DNA from: Fibrobacter succinogenes subsp. succinogenes S85
GTDB taxonomy: Bacteria; Fibrobacterota; Fibrobacteria; Fibrobacterales; Fibrobacteraceae
DNA: 32,000 nt
Assembly: GCF_000146505.1 (NCBI RefSeq)
Contig: NC_017448.1
Coordinates: 450,001 to 482,000 of the forward strand
Direction: 5' to 3'
How positions within the stretch are numbered: position 1 is the first letter of the stretch; every line of letters begins with the position of its first letter. Of the stretch, positions 17,127 through 26,555 are shown piece after piece. The notes beneath the pieces were generated by a model, which saw only the letters and a list, made by a program, of their open reading frames with translations, searched no databases and was not told the DNA's origin. The translations under genes and the position numbers were made by a program.

Positions 17127-17879
17127 TTAAAAGTCTTTAGCCAATCGCCCCTCGCCACTTTGCAATAGCTCGGTGAGGTAATTCTTCGCTATTTGGCAGG
17201 ATTCCGGGAGCGTATGCCCAAGCGCCAGATTTGCAAGAATTGCCGAGGACAAATGGCACCCAGTACCATGTTTGCCGTTACCCGGGATTCGCGGACTTGT
17301 GAACTTGTACTGTTTACCGTCCCTATCCCACAAAGTATCAACGGCTTCGTCATCCGTTGAATGGCCGCCCTTCAAAAGCAGGGCGAAATCCTTCCCGAAT
17401 TCAAACTTTCCGCGAGAAGCAGCCTGTTCAAATCCCAAGAATCCGAACTCGTCCAGATTTGGAGTGACCAAATCAATCTGCTTCATCACCGGCATAAATT
17501 CATCGCGTTCTGCCGAGCGCATAAAGTGGAAACCCGCCGATGCACTTGCAATCGGATCCCAGACAATGTAAGCATCCGGAGACTTTTCACGGACAAATTC
17601 AACAATTCGCTGTAAAACTTTAGCCTTTTCAACAAGCCCGATTTTCACGAACTTGAACTGGCGCTTGGCAAACAACGTTTCAAGTTGCGCTTCGATGCGT
17701 TCCCAGATTACCCAGCCAGGCGCCACAAATTCATCTTCGTTCTGTTGCGTGAGTGCGGTACATACAGATTCACAGAACACGCCAAAATGCGCCATCGTCT
17801 TAACATCCGCTAAAATTCCAGCGCCCGCAGAGCCATCGAAGCCTGCGATAGTCAATGCAAAATTCATTTTTTCAGACAT
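17127..17879 (-). CDS. thiD: Hydroxymethylpyrimidine/phosphomethylpyrimidine kinase
   Basis: ALTIAGFDGSAGAGILADVKT plus a ribokinase-like C-terminus (GKHGTGCHLSSAI). The ATG at 17879 (MSEKMNF) is preferred because the longer ORF-track start at 17903 would overlap the upstream gene, whose stop is at 17881-17883. Confidence 0.9.
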   Translation of the reverse strand: MSEKMNFALTIAGFDGSAGAGILADVKTMAHFGVFCESVCTALTQQNEDEFVAPGWVIWERIEAQLETLFAKRQFKFVKIGLVEKAKVLQRIVEFVREKSPDAYIVWDPIASASAGFHFMRSAERDEFMPVMKQIDLVTPNLDEFGFLGFEQAASRGKFEFGKDFALLLKGGHSTDDEAVDTLWDRDGKQYKFTSPRIPGNGKHGTGCHLSSAILANLALGHTLPESCQIAKNYLTELLQSGEGRLAKDF

Positions 17880-17880
17880 T

Positions 17881-19167
17881 TTATACCACCGAATAAATTC
17901 CAATCATCACTACGGACACGCCGCAGATAAGCCCCACCGCCGGAAGAATCGGGCGACGCATGGACTTTGCCCCAAGGAAATACACCATGCAGCCCTTGGT
18001 AAGCGTATTGGCAAGGCTCGCAAAAAGGAGCGCCAAAATCAGGTTGTGGTGTTCAAGAGTCGCCTTTCGGCACATGTCAATGAGCGAGAACGCCACCGCA
18101 TCCATTTCAGCAGCACCGCCCAAGAAGCTACAAATCATCAACGCGCCCGAGCCAAAGTACGCATGAGCCGCATTCGCGATGAACATGACCACCGTAAAGA
18201 CCAAGCCAAACTTAATTGCCGGCAACAACTTGAACGGGTTGTTAAAATCAGTTGTTTTCTGACGATGATCCTTGGATTCACGAAGCTTCAAGTACCCCGC
18301 ATAGCCAAGCCCCGGCACCACAGGCACAAGGAGAGGAGCCAAAAGCGGGAGCGCAAGTGACGGCATCAGGAATATGCAAATGAGGTAGAGTCGCGCATAC
18401 ATCACCGACCAGCTGAGCACAATACCAAGCGTGAAGTCCGCCGCATACTGTTCATTATCAACGCTACGCCCAGCCAAGTTCAGCGTGAGTGCGGTACTGC
18501 TCGCAAGCCCGCCCAAAAGTCCCGTGAGCCAAATGCCCTTGCCCGGCCCGACAAGTTTGATGAGCACATAGCCCACAAAGCCAATGCCGCAAATGAACAC
18601 GACAAAGAGCCAAATCGTATGCGGATTCAAGACCTCAAGCCCCGGCGGGCCAAACGAGCGATTCGGCAAGAAGGGCAAAATCATAAGAGAAATCACCGCA
18701 AACTTGACAGTCGCGATAATGTCTTCGGTCGAAATCTTTTTTGCAAAATCGTGAAGCTGACGCTTGACCGCCAACAGCCACAAAAGCACAATCATGAGGA
18801 TACACGCTTCCAAAAGCCGGTTGTACCAGCAAAGCGCCCCCAAGAAATAAATCATGATAAGTGCAGCACTCGTCGTGACGCCCGCAGGCCCTCCATTATT
18901 CTGGTTCGAAAGGCCGTACGCAATATGGCTTGCCACAAGCAAAAGCCCGACAATCACAAGGCCAACGACAAAGGGAACAATTGAACCCATCAGGTCGCCC
19001 AAATAGCAAGACAAGGCGCCACAAAGGCTCACAATCGAAAACGAGCACAGCCCAGCGGGGTGCCTTGAATTATTGCGGGAATACGAGTTTTCACGCTGCA
19101 TACCGATAATAAAACCGATACCCAGCGCAGCCGCAAGCTTATAAAAGATATTGAACTCAATCATCAT
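17881..19167 (-). CDS. MgtC/SapB-family membrane protein with a DUF4010-like C-terminal half
   Basis: 428 aa, polytopic. The N-terminus LAAALGIGFIIGMQRE resembles the MgtC signature. Confidence 0.75.
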   Translation of the reverse strand: MMIEFNIFYKLAAALGIGFIIGMQRENSYSRNNSRHPAGLCSFSIVSLCGALSCYLGDLMGSIVPFVVGLVIVGLLLVASHIAYGLSNQNNGGPAGVTTSAALIMIYFLGALCWYNRLLEACILMIVLLWLLAVKRQLHDFAKKISTEDIIATVKFAVISLMILPFLPNRSFGPPGLEVLNPHTIWLFVVFICGIGFVGYVLIKLVGPGKGIWLTGLLGGLASSTALTLNLAGRSVDNEQYAADFTLGIVLSWSVMYARLYLICIFLMPSLALPLLAPLLVPVVPGLGYAGYLKLRESKDHRQKTTDFNNPFKLLPAIKFGLVFTVVMFIANAAHAYFGSGALMICSFLGGAAEMDAVAFSLIDMCRKATLEHHNLILALLFASLANTLTKGCMVYFLGAKSMRRPILPAVGLICGVSVVMIGIYSVV

Positions 19168-19212
19168 TCAAAATCTAATCAAAAAAATGTGCGAAAGAAA
19201 AGTTTTATAGAA

Positions 19213-19239
19213 CTTAGTTGGCAGAGCTTAGTTGGCAGA
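19213..19239. repeat. Tandem direct repeat CTTAGTTGGCAGA x2 (14-nt period)
   Basis: Copies at 19213-19225 and 19227-19239, in the 94-nt spacer upstream of the MgtC-like gene and downstream of the GGDEF gene. Confidence 0.7.
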
Positions 19240-19261
19240 TTTTCAAAGATCTAGGTTCTAA

Positions 19262-20953
19262 TTATGCCATTCGCTGTTGCTTAGAGGCTAGCTTCATAGC
19301 ATACATGTTTGCATCAGCCATGCGGTAAACGTCCATTGCCGTCACGGCATCACCGCGACGGCGCACAGAATAGCCATAAGCGACATTCAATTCAATCGGC
19401 AACTTGGCATCTTTTTCCAAGAGCACCATCGTCTTCAAAGCGGTATTCAAATCCGAGAGGTGTTCTGCACGGACAATCGCCACAAACTCGTCACCGCCCA
19501 TGCGGATTGTAGTCCCGATGCCGTTAAACGCGTTCTTGAACACATCGGCAAAGGCGCACAAAAGCTTATCACCAGTTGAATGCCCAAAGTGGTCATTCAC
19601 ATACTTGAGGCCATTCACGTCAATACTCACGATAGCATAGTCGCTATCATCGCGGTTGAGCACTTCAAAAATGTGTTCGCACTTTGCGCGGTTATAAATG
19701 CCAGTCAAGGCATCGCGATAAGCAATCTGGCGGAGCACTTCCTTTTCAGTCTTGTCCATGAGTTCCTCGTACATGTAGACGAGATAACCCACCATCAAAA
19801 ACAAGATGAACAATAAAGTTCCGACCGGGAGGCAAGTCGCATCCAAGAAGGATTTTTCCAAGCCGAACAAGTTCTGCACATTATAGCGGAACAAATCGGC
19901 AATGCCAAACAGCACAAACACCACCGTTCCCGACGCAAGAATTTTCTCTTGCATTCCGGCACCGCGGTCATAAAGGACCTTGAAGAACACCATGAACAGG
20001 AACGAAACAAAGATATAGCTATGGTAAATGAGCAAGAACGTCGGGTAATGCGCAATATCGGTCACATGCAAAATCGTCGTCACCAAGAAGAACAGCACAC
20101 CAAAGCCGACAATGACTTTCAGCACGTTCAACTTCCAGGTCGAAATCTTGCCCGCACGCATATTGATAATCAAAAGGCCAAACGGGATTGCTGCAAGGTA
20201 AAGCGAAACGTATTCCAACGTCGTATCCAGCGCATAGTTCGTGGAAACAATCTGGATACCCTTCGCGTAATTCAGCGTCCAAAGTCCCATCAAACCAGCA
20301 AACAAGCCAATCAGAACAAGGCGGTAATAAGCCCTGTCAAAGCCGACGGCACAGCAGCCTGTAATAAAGGCAATCATCCCGAAAAACATTAGGAATATGC
20401 CAATGGTAATGGAATCAGAATTTTGCGAAAAATAGTCTGTCATGCTATTTGAACGCAAAAGTTCAATCTGCGTCACAGATTTTGCGGCCGCTTTTTCAGT
20501 CACAATCGTCACCACGCGGATGACATGGTCGTCAAGAAATTCCGGCATATTTACAAGGTGGATGCCGCTACCGACCAGTTTTCCCGCTTTAAAGCGCTCA
20601 AAGCCATAACGATAATAGCAAACGCTATCGACATAGACAGCTACAGCAACGTGATACGCATGGAAACGGAGCGTTGTCGGCAAGGGAATCGAATCATTCC
20701 GCATGTCGCGCTCGTAGATGATCGTATCGCCGGGCTGAATATTTGAGGGAACTCGGAAATCAGAGACATGTTCCATCGGCGGGAGATGAATGCCGCCAAA
20801 AGAAATGGACCAGCCATCGTTAAGAGCGATGACATTGTTGCACGAACCATGACGGCACATGCCGTTAAAACTGACTACAAATAGAACAACAATTACAGCG
20901 GCAACCACTGCAATGAGAAGTCTAAGTATTTTCTTTCCATTCCTCAACAACAT
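19262..20953 (-). CDS. Diguanylate cyclase with a 7TMR-DISM-type sensor/membrane module
   Basis: 563 aa. An N-terminal TM helix and periplasmic domain are followed by about 7 TM helices, then a GGDEF domain (RDALTGIYNR...HSTGDKLL...RMGGDEFVAIV). Confidence 0.9.
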   Translation of the reverse strand: MLLRNGKKILRLLIAVVAAVIVVLFVVSFNGMCRHGSCNNVIALNDGWSISFGGIHLPPMEHVSDFRVPSNIQPGDTIIYERDMRNDSIPLPTTLRFHAYHVAVAVYVDSVCYYRYGFERFKAGKLVGSGIHLVNMPEFLDDHVIRVVTIVTEKAAAKSVTQIELLRSNSMTDYFSQNSDSITIGIFLMFFGMIAFITGCCAVGFDRAYYRLVLIGLFAGLMGLWTLNYAKGIQIVSTNYALDTTLEYVSLYLAAIPFGLLIINMRAGKISTWKLNVLKVIVGFGVLFFLVTTILHVTDIAHYPTFLLIYHSYIFVSFLFMVFFKVLYDRGAGMQEKILASGTVVFVLFGIADLFRYNVQNLFGLEKSFLDATCLPVGTLLFILFLMVGYLVYMYEELMDKTEKEVLRQIAYRDALTGIYNRAKCEHIFEVLNRDDSDYAIVSIDVNGLKYVNDHFGHSTGDKLLCAFADVFKNAFNGIGTTIRMGGDEFVAIVRAEHLSDLNTALKTMVLLEKDAKLPIELNVAYGYSVRRRGDAVTAMDVYRMADANMYAMKLASKQQRMA

Positions 20954-20992
20954 CTCTAGTATATAATAAGTTATTCTAAGGGCGATAGAACC

Positions 20993-21496
20993 TTATTTTT
21001 TTCGTACCCAAATTTCAAAGGTTGTCGGGAAGTCGTTTTTTTCGTCTGCCGGGAAGGATTCTGCGCTCTCTTTCTGGAACTTATCGTTCCACTCCGGGAA
21101 GAATACATCGCCTTCCACGTGCGACAAAACTCTCGTCAAATAGAGCTTTTCAACCAGCGGCATCGCTTCGCGGTACACGGCAGCACCACCGATAATGAAA
21201 CATTCCGTCTCACCAGCAGCGCGGGCGGCCTCGATAGCCTCACCGAGCGAAGAGCAGACAATGCAGCCCGGGGCCTGGAAATCCTTGTTGCGGGTGAGCA
21301 CGTAGTTCGTGCGGTTCGGAAGCGGGCGGCCGATATCGTCGTAGTTCTTGCGACCGAGGATGATAGCATGCCCCGTAGTAATCGCCTTGAAGCGCTTGAG
21401 GTCAGCAGAAAGGTGCCACGGCAAGTGACCGTCACGCCCGATGACATTGTTTTCAGAAACAGCAACAATTGCAGAAATTAACATCTCTCGTCTCAT
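20993..21496 (-). CDS. folA: Dihydrofolate reductase
   Basis: ISAIVAVSENNVIGRDGHLPWHLSADLKRFKAITTGHAIILGRKNY...PLPNRTNYVLTR. ATG 21496 overlaps the rlmH stop (ATGA). The alternative ATG is at 21484 (MLISAIV). Confidence 0.92.
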   Translation of the reverse strand: MRREMLISAIVAVSENNVIGRDGHLPWHLSADLKRFKAITTGHAIILGRKNYDDIGRPLPNRTNYVLTRNKDFQAPGCIVCSSLGEAIEAARAAGETECFIIGGAAVYREAMPLVEKLYLTRVLSHVEGDVFFPEWNDKFQKESAESFPADEKNDFPTTFEIWVRKK

Positions 21497-21954
21497 CGGT
21501 GATGATATGGGTGGTTTTGCATGACCATCTGGACGCGGTAGAGCTGTTCCACCGTAATAATCCTGGCGTGGTCGTGGGTAAAAGTCAACGGAGAAAGGCT
21601 CAAGAGCAAGTCGGCGGACTTTTTCAAGTTCTCGTCGATGCCGTACGCGGAGCCAATCAAAAACACAATATTTCCCGTAAAGCGGGCCTGTAACGTATCG
21701 GCAAGCTTTACCGTCGTCATGAGCTTGCCCTCTTCGGAGAGGATCACTCGGCGGAACTCGTTACGCGGGAATTTTTTTTCGAAAAGAGCGGCTTCTTGGG
21801 CAAGCGCCTGGGCATGGTCGTCAATTTTCGATTCCTTGAGCTCCACCACTTCCAGTGGCATCGCGGAACCGCGCAAACGCTTCACATACTTTTCCACCTC
21901 GTCCGCAATGAACGGGGAACCTGCCTTACCAAACACCGCCAACACCCACTTCAT
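21493..21954 (-). CDS. rlmH: 23S rRNA (pseudouridine1915-N3)-methyltransferase
   Basis: 153 aa SPOUT fold: IVFLIGSAYGID...[23 protein letters not shown]...HPYHHR. Confidence 0.92.
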   Translation of the reverse strand: MKWVLAVFGKAGSPFIADEVEKYVKRLRGSAMPLEVVELKESKIDDHAQALAQEAALFEKKFPRNEFRRVILSEEGKLMTTVKLADTLQARFTGNIVFLIGSAYGIDENLKKSADLLLSLSPLTFTHDHARIITVEQLYRVQMVMQNHPYHHR

Positions 21955-22683
21955 CTAACGCCCCACCGATAGTCGGTCAATCAAAAACGAGGGCATCCCC
22001 TGCTTTTTCATGCGGTTCTGCGTCTCACGAATGTCGTATTCCACTCGAATGAGCCGCACGCACTTGGTCTCGGTATCGAGCAGACACCAGCAGGCTCTCG
22101 GGTCGCGGTCGCGGGGTTGACCCACACTGCCGACGTTCACCAGCAAACGTTCGGTATTCGCAATCACGTACTCGTACTCGTCCAGAATCTTCGGGATCGC
22201 CAAGGGGCGGCTAGCAATGATGACCGGGCTATGCGTATGCCCCACAAAGCAGTAGCGCTCCGAGAAATGGTCAAAAGCGTTCAGCGCATCCTCGAGATCG
22301 GTCACATAGACCCAATCTGCCGGAGACAAGGGCGACGCATGCACAAAGCAGATATCGTTTTCTTCCTGGATGTACGGGAGCGAGCGGATATACGTCACGG
22401 ACTCCTTGGAAAGGTTCTTCTGGGTCCATTCAATCGCCTGCTTCGCGTACGGGTTGAACCCGGCGCTGGATTCGTACCGGACCGCCACGCTGTCGTGGTT
22501 CCCGATCAGGCACACATCCATGTTCTCTTTAACCAAATTGACGCACTCATCGGTATCGACGCCATATCCCACAATATCACCAAGGCATACTCTCCGTTCC
22601 ACGCCATTTTCGCGCATGGACTGGAGCACAGCCTCAAATGCGGTGGCATTGGAATGGATATCTGAACAAATACCGTAAAGCAT
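21955..22683 (-). CDS. Metallophosphoesterase (calcineurin-like)
   Basis: Motifs SDIHSN (DxH), GDIVGYG (GD), GNHD and GHTH. Its stop abuts the rlmH start with 0 nt between them. Confidence 0.85.
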   Translation of the reverse strand: MLYGICSDIHSNATAFEAVLQSMRENGVERRVCLGDIVGYGVDTDECVNLVKENMDVCLIGNHDSVAVRYESSAGFNPYAKQAIEWTQKNLSKESVTYIRSLPYIQEENDICFVHASPLSPADWVYVTDLEDALNAFDHFSERYCFVGHTHSPVIIASRPLAIPKILDEYEYVIANTERLLVNVGSVGQPRDRDPRACWCLLDTETKCVRLIRVEYDIRETQNRMKKQGMPSFLIDRLSVGR

Positions 22684-22752
22684 GTCCGTAATTTAGAAAA
22701 ACAATTTAATATAAGTGGCGAAATTGACCAATTTTACTACATTTGGGCATGT

Positions 22753-23385
22753 ATGGTAGTCATTCAAGACAAGATGAAGGTGAGCATAGCCTACACCCTC
22801 AGAGAAGGCAAGCGAATTCTTGAAGAAGTTCCCGCCTCCCAACCGTTCGTGTACATCCACGGATACAACAATATCATTCCCGGACTCGAAGACGCATTGA
22901 CGGGGCGTCGTCTGGGCGAAAAGTTTACGGTGAGCATTCCGGCAAATCTCGGTTATGGAGAATATCGCAAGGACCTTATCCTCACGGTCCCGAAAGAAGA
23001 ACTCCGCGACGTCGGAGAGCTCTGGCTCGGCATGGAACTCGAAATGTACCAGGATAACGACATGCGCGAATTCCAGTTGCCGGACACCGCCGAGGAATTT
23101 GTAAACGACTTGAACCTGGATGGCGATGACGACCAGTGCGACGGCATTTACACCATCAAGGAAATTCTCGAAGACACCGTGATTGTGGACGGGAACCACC
23201 CGTTTGCAGGCAAGGACTTGATTTTTAACGTCGAAGTTGTAGACATTGTCGAAGCAAGTTTCACCGAACAGGAGTCCGGCTTCCCGGATGAAGACGAATT
23301 TAACGACGGATACGATAACTACGACAGTTACGACAATCGCATGGGCGACGACAATTTTGATTCAAACGAAAGGAGATGGCGCTAA
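22753..23385 (+). CDS. slyD: FKBP-type peptidyl-prolyl isomerase, SlyD-like, with an Asp/Asn/Tyr-rich tail
   Basis: MKVSIAYTLREG...YIHGYNNIIPGLEDALTGRRLGEKFTVSIPANLGYGEY, then an insert-in-flap region, then HPFAGKDLIFNVEVVDI. The start may be ATG 22774 (MKVSIAY) rather than 22753. Confidence 0.8.
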   Translation: MVVIQDKMKVSIAYTLREGKRILEEVPASQPFVYIHGYNNIIPGLEDALTGRRLGEKFTVSIPANLGYGEYRKDLILTVPKEELRDVGELWLGMELEMYQDNDMREFQLPDTAEEFVNDLNLDGDDDQCDGIYTIKEILEDTVIVDGNHPFAGKDLIFNVEVVDIVEASFTEQESGFPDEDEFNDGYDNYDSYDNRMGDDNFDSNERRWR

Positions 23386-24074
23386 TGGCATCGATGGACG
23401 AACTCAAGAAGGCTGCAGGCGTTCGCGCCGCAGACATGATCAAGGACGGAATGATTGTCGGTCTCGGCACTGGCAGCACGGCAGCTCACATGGTGAACCG
23501 CCTCGCTGAACGCATCAAGACCGAAGGCATCCACGTGACGGGCGTTTCGACCAGCTGGAGCACGACGCTCCAATGCCGTAGCCTCGGCATCCCGCTCAAG
23601 GAAATGGGCGAAGTCAGCCACCTCGACATGGTGATTGACGGTGCAGACGAAATCGACCCGAACCGCAACCTCATCAAGGGACGTGGAGCAGCACACCTCC
23701 TCGAAAAGATTGTAGCCTCCATGACGGACAACTATGTGATTATTGCAGACTCCGGCAAGGCTGTGCAGCAGCTCGGCACCAAGTTCGCCGTCCCTCTCGA
23801 AATCATCCCGGGCGCTATCGCCGTCGTCACAGAACGCGTGAAAAAGCTCGGTGGCGAAGTCAAGGTTCGCATGGGCGCTCCTGGCAAGGACGGTCCGGTG
23901 ATTAGCGACAGCGGTAACCTCATCGCCGACGCGAAGTTCGCCCCCATCGCAGACCCGGACAAGCTAGCCCGTGATCTGGAACACATCGTGGGTATCGTCG
24001 GACACGGCCTGTTCATCAACATGGCAACGAAAGTCATCCTCGCTGACGAAGCCAAGGGCCTGATTGAATTTTAG
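23385..24074 (+). CDS. rpiA: Ribose-5-phosphate isomerase A
   Basis: GLGTGSTAAHMV, DGADEID, LIKGRGAAHLLEKIV. ATG 23385 lies 9 nt after AGGAG and overlaps the slyD stop (TAATG). ATG 23376 directly abuts the SD sequence and is less likely. Confidence 0.92.
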   Translation: MASMDELKKAAGVRAADMIKDGMIVGLGTGSTAAHMVNRLAERIKTEGIHVTGVSTSWSTTLQCRSLGIPLKEMGEVSHLDMVIDGADEIDPNRNLIKGRGAAHLLEKIVASMTDNYVIIADSGKAVQQLGTKFAVPLEIIPGAIAVVTERVKKLGGEVKVRMGAPGKDGPVISDSGNLIADAKFAPIADPDKLARDLEHIVGIVGHGLFINMATKVILADEAKGLIEF

Positions 24075-24118
24075 CGCCTTTGGCACAGTTACTAGTCAAT
24101 AGTTACTAGAATTGTCGC

Positions 24119-24152
24119 CCCGCACACTGTTGCGGGGTCTTCTTTTTTTTTA
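24119..24152 (+). terminator. Rho-independent terminator after rpiA
   Basis: CCCCGCA-cactgt-TGCGGGG followed by TCTTCTTTTTTTTT. Confidence 0.8.
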
Positions 24153-24212
24153 CTTGAGTTTACACGACAGAAAAAGTATATTGTCGAGAACTCTGGTGTA
24201 ATTGCCCCTCGT

Positions 24213-25067
24213 ATGAAATTTGCAAAGATATTCTTGCCCTGTTTACTGCTCGCGCTCGTAGCGATTGTCTCTTTGGTGAGCGTCGACAAGCGCCCCGTAA
24301 AAGAATACCAGATCAAGGGCATGCACGTTTACGAGATGGCGGCCGCAGACGAAACCAAGCCCGTCATCCTCTACCTCCACGGAGGTGGCTACAGGCAAGG
24401 CATAACGCCATCCCACTGGAAAATTCTTTCTGAAATATCAAAGGCAACAGGTTGCGGTTTTGTCATGCCGGACTACCCCCTTTTGCCGGAACATACGGCG
24501 CTCGAAGCCCATACACTCGTATTAAAGCTCTACAGCGAACTCTTGAAACGCTTCCCCGCAAGCAAAATCATCATCATGGGAGACAGTGCCGGTGGCGGAT
24601 TCTCGCTTGCGCTCGCCGAAGAAATCCTAGAGCAATCGCTCCCCTCGCCCATGCACCTCATCTTAATTTCACCCTGGGTCGACATCACTGGTGGCGACGA
24701 ATCCATAGCAGAATACGACAACTGGCTTCATATCGACGAACTACATCAATTTGGTCTATCTTGGGCTAACGGCATGGATGCGCACGCACCGATGGTATCG
24801 CCAATCTACGGCAACATGCAAGGGCTCCCGCCCACCGACATTTTCGTCGGCACTTGGGAAATTTTCTACCCCGACATCATCAATTGCAGTGAAAAAATGA
24901 AGGCCGCAGGCGTATCCGTCACGCTCCACGTTGGCGAAGAACTGGGACACGTGTTCCCCCTCTACCCCGCACCCGAAGGCGAAGAAGCCCGCCAAACGAT
25001 TGCAGACATTGTCAAGAGCAGCACCGAAAGAACGACGGCGCTCTCCCTGACAAGCCTTATGCAATAA
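24213..25067 (+). CDS. Alpha/beta-hydrolase fold-3 (HSL-type) esterase/lipase, membrane-anchored or secreted
   Basis: N-terminal hydrophobic segment. HGGGY oxyanion-hole motif, GDSAGG nucleophile elbow and a C-terminal GHVF (His). Confidence 0.85.
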   Translation: MKFAKIFLPCLLLALVAIVSLVSVDKRPVKEYQIKGMHVYEMAAADETKPVILYLHGGGYRQGITPSHWKILSEISKATGCGFVMPDYPLLPEHTALEAHTLVLKLYSELLKRFPASKIIIMGDSAGGGFSLALAEEILEQSLPSPMHLILISPWVDITGGDESIAEYDNWLHIDELHQFGLSWANGMDAHAPMVSPIYGNMQGLPPTDIFVGTWEIFYPDIINCSEKMKAAGVSVTLHVGEELGHVFPLYPAPEGEEARQTIADIVKSSTERTTALSLTSLMQ

Positions 25068-25104
25068 CTATATTTGTTTGCATAAACTAAAGAAGGAAAA
25101 AACA

Positions 25105-26424
25105 ATGGAAACAGAATCCAAATTACAGCCCAAAGTGCAACCCAAATTTCAGCTTCCCAAAAAGAATTACACAAAAGCAATCATTGTCGCGGTCATCGTT
25201 GTTATCGCTCTTATTTTGCTCAAGTGCAATATCGGTTACAACAGTGCAACGCAGCTTCTCGTGAAACAGTCTCCGTTCGGAACACTCTCCTGCATCGACC
25301 ACGCCGGTTTTTACTTCAAGGGATTTGCAAGCATCTACTCTTACGACAGAACCAAGGACTTCTACTTCAACTCCTCTACCGATAAGGTAAAGGGCGAAGG
25401 CTGGGAAGGCGGCGACGATGACGAAGACGATATTTCCGTTACCTTGTCCCGAAACGCAAACGCCGAAATCAGCGGCTACCTCAAATACCAGCTCCCGACG
25501 GACTGCGAAGACCTCGTGAAAATCCATCGCGAACAGCGCTCCGACAAAAAACTCAAGCATGACCTTGTCCGTAACTCCGTGCTCTCGGCTGTTAGAAAGA
25601 CCGCACCGCTTTTCACTGCTGAAGAAGCCAAGGTGACAAAGATTGCCGAATTCAGAAGAATCGCCGAAGACCAGCTCACCGAAGGCGAATACCTCACCAC
25701 AATCGAAGTGCTCACCGAAAAGGCCGGCGAAGACGATTACGATTCTGAAGGCAAAATCATCAAGAAAGCCGAAACGCAAGAATACAAGGTCACAAAGCTG
25801 AAACTCGATAAGAACGGCAACCGCATCTTGACAAAGCCCTCGGCACTCCGTCTCTACGGCATCAGAGTGGTGCAATTTGAAATCCAAAACGTTCGCCTCG
25901 ATCAGAAAGCTCAACAGCAGCTCGACATCGTGAAGGACCGCGAAATGAAGCGCGTGTCTAACGCAACGGCTGCAGAAACGGCAAAGCAGGCCGCCATCAC
26001 CGCCGAAGCCGAAGGTAAGGCTCGCATCGCCCAGGCCAAGGCCGACCAGGAAGTGGAAAAAATCAAGGCTGTGACGCAGGCTGAAAAGGAACGCGACGTG
26101 GCCGTTCTCCAAGCTCAGAAGGAACAGGAAGTCGCTCGCCTCGAAGCTCTAAGAGCTCTCGAAGTCGCTAAGAAAATCAAGGCCGAAAAAGAAGCTGAAG
26201 CTGCAGCAAACAGAGCACTCGTCAGCGCCGGTTTGACTCCGCAAGAACGCGCCGAATGGGATTACAAGACCAAGGTCGGTGTTGCTGAGGCTCTCGCCAA
26301 GTCCGCACATCCGCTCGTCCCGGAAATCATGATGACCGGCGACTCCAAGGGTGGCGCAAGCACTGCCATGGACGCAGTAGGCTTGAACATGCTCATGGGA
26401 CTTACCGAAAAACTGTCGAAGTAA
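25105..26424 (+). CDS. Membrane-anchored SPFH/flotillin-like protein with an Ala/Glu/Lys-rich coiled coil
   Basis: The ORF-track start at 25078 is TTG. ATG 25105 (METESKL) follows AAGGAA. One TM helix (AIIVAVIVVIALILL) and a long coiled coil (AEAEGKARIAQAKADQEVEKIKAVTQAEKERDVAVLQAQKEQEVARLEA...), as in flotillin/YqiK-type proteins. The core-domain assignment is tentative. Confidence 0.55.
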   Translation: METESKLQPKVQPKFQLPKKNYTKAIIVAVIVVIALILLKCNIGYNSATQLLVKQSPFGTLSCIDHAGFYFKGFASIYSYDRTKDFYFNSSTDKVKGEGWEGGDDDEDDISVTLSRNANAEISGYLKYQLPTDCEDLVKIHREQRSDKKLKHDLVRNSVLSAVRKTAPLFTAEEAKVTKIAEFRRIAEDQLTEGEYLTTIEVLTEKAGEDDYDSEGKIIKKAETQEYKVTKLKLDKNGNRILTKPSALRLYGIRVVQFEIQNVRLDQKAQQQLDIVKDREMKRVSNATAAETAKQAAITAEAEGKARIAQAKADQEVEKIKAVTQAEKERDVAVLQAQKEQEVARLEALRALEVAKKIKAEKEAEAAANRALVSAGLTPQERAEWDYKTKVGVAEALAKSAHPLVPEIMMTGDSKGGASTAMDAVGLNMLMGLTEKLSK

Positions 26425-26466
26425 GTGCTAGTTAGTTAAGATAGGCGGCTTCGCCGCGAAGAACGT

Positions 26467-26503
26467 CACCCCGGCCAGTTGAACTGCACCGGGGGTGTTT
26501 TTT
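26467..26503 (+). terminator. Rho-independent terminator; left border of the AT-rich island
   Basis: CACCCCGG-(14 nt)-CCGGGGGTG followed by TTTTTT. Confidence 0.7.
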
Positions 26504-26555
26504 GAGGGGCTGTTTTTCTGTCTGTTTTTTTTGGCTATTTTTACACAAATGACGA

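Noticed and set aside
19213-19239. Sigma-54 promoter suggested by the TTGGCA motifs
   Set aside because: The spacing and sequence do not fit TGGCAC-N5-TTGCA. On the + strand there is no downstream gene to drive.
17880-19261. TPP riboswitch expected upstream of thiD
   Set aside because: thiD starts 1 nt after the MgtC-like gene, leaving no leader. The 94-nt region upstream of the MgtC-like gene lacks the conserved CUGAGA and ACCUGAUCUGGAUAAUGCCAGCG-type elements.
24088-24110. Direct repeat AGTTACTAG x2 (14-nt period) between the rpiA stop and its terminator
   Set aside because: It is very short and lies in a 3' UTR with no associated gene start. It cannot be distinguished from chance without comparative data.
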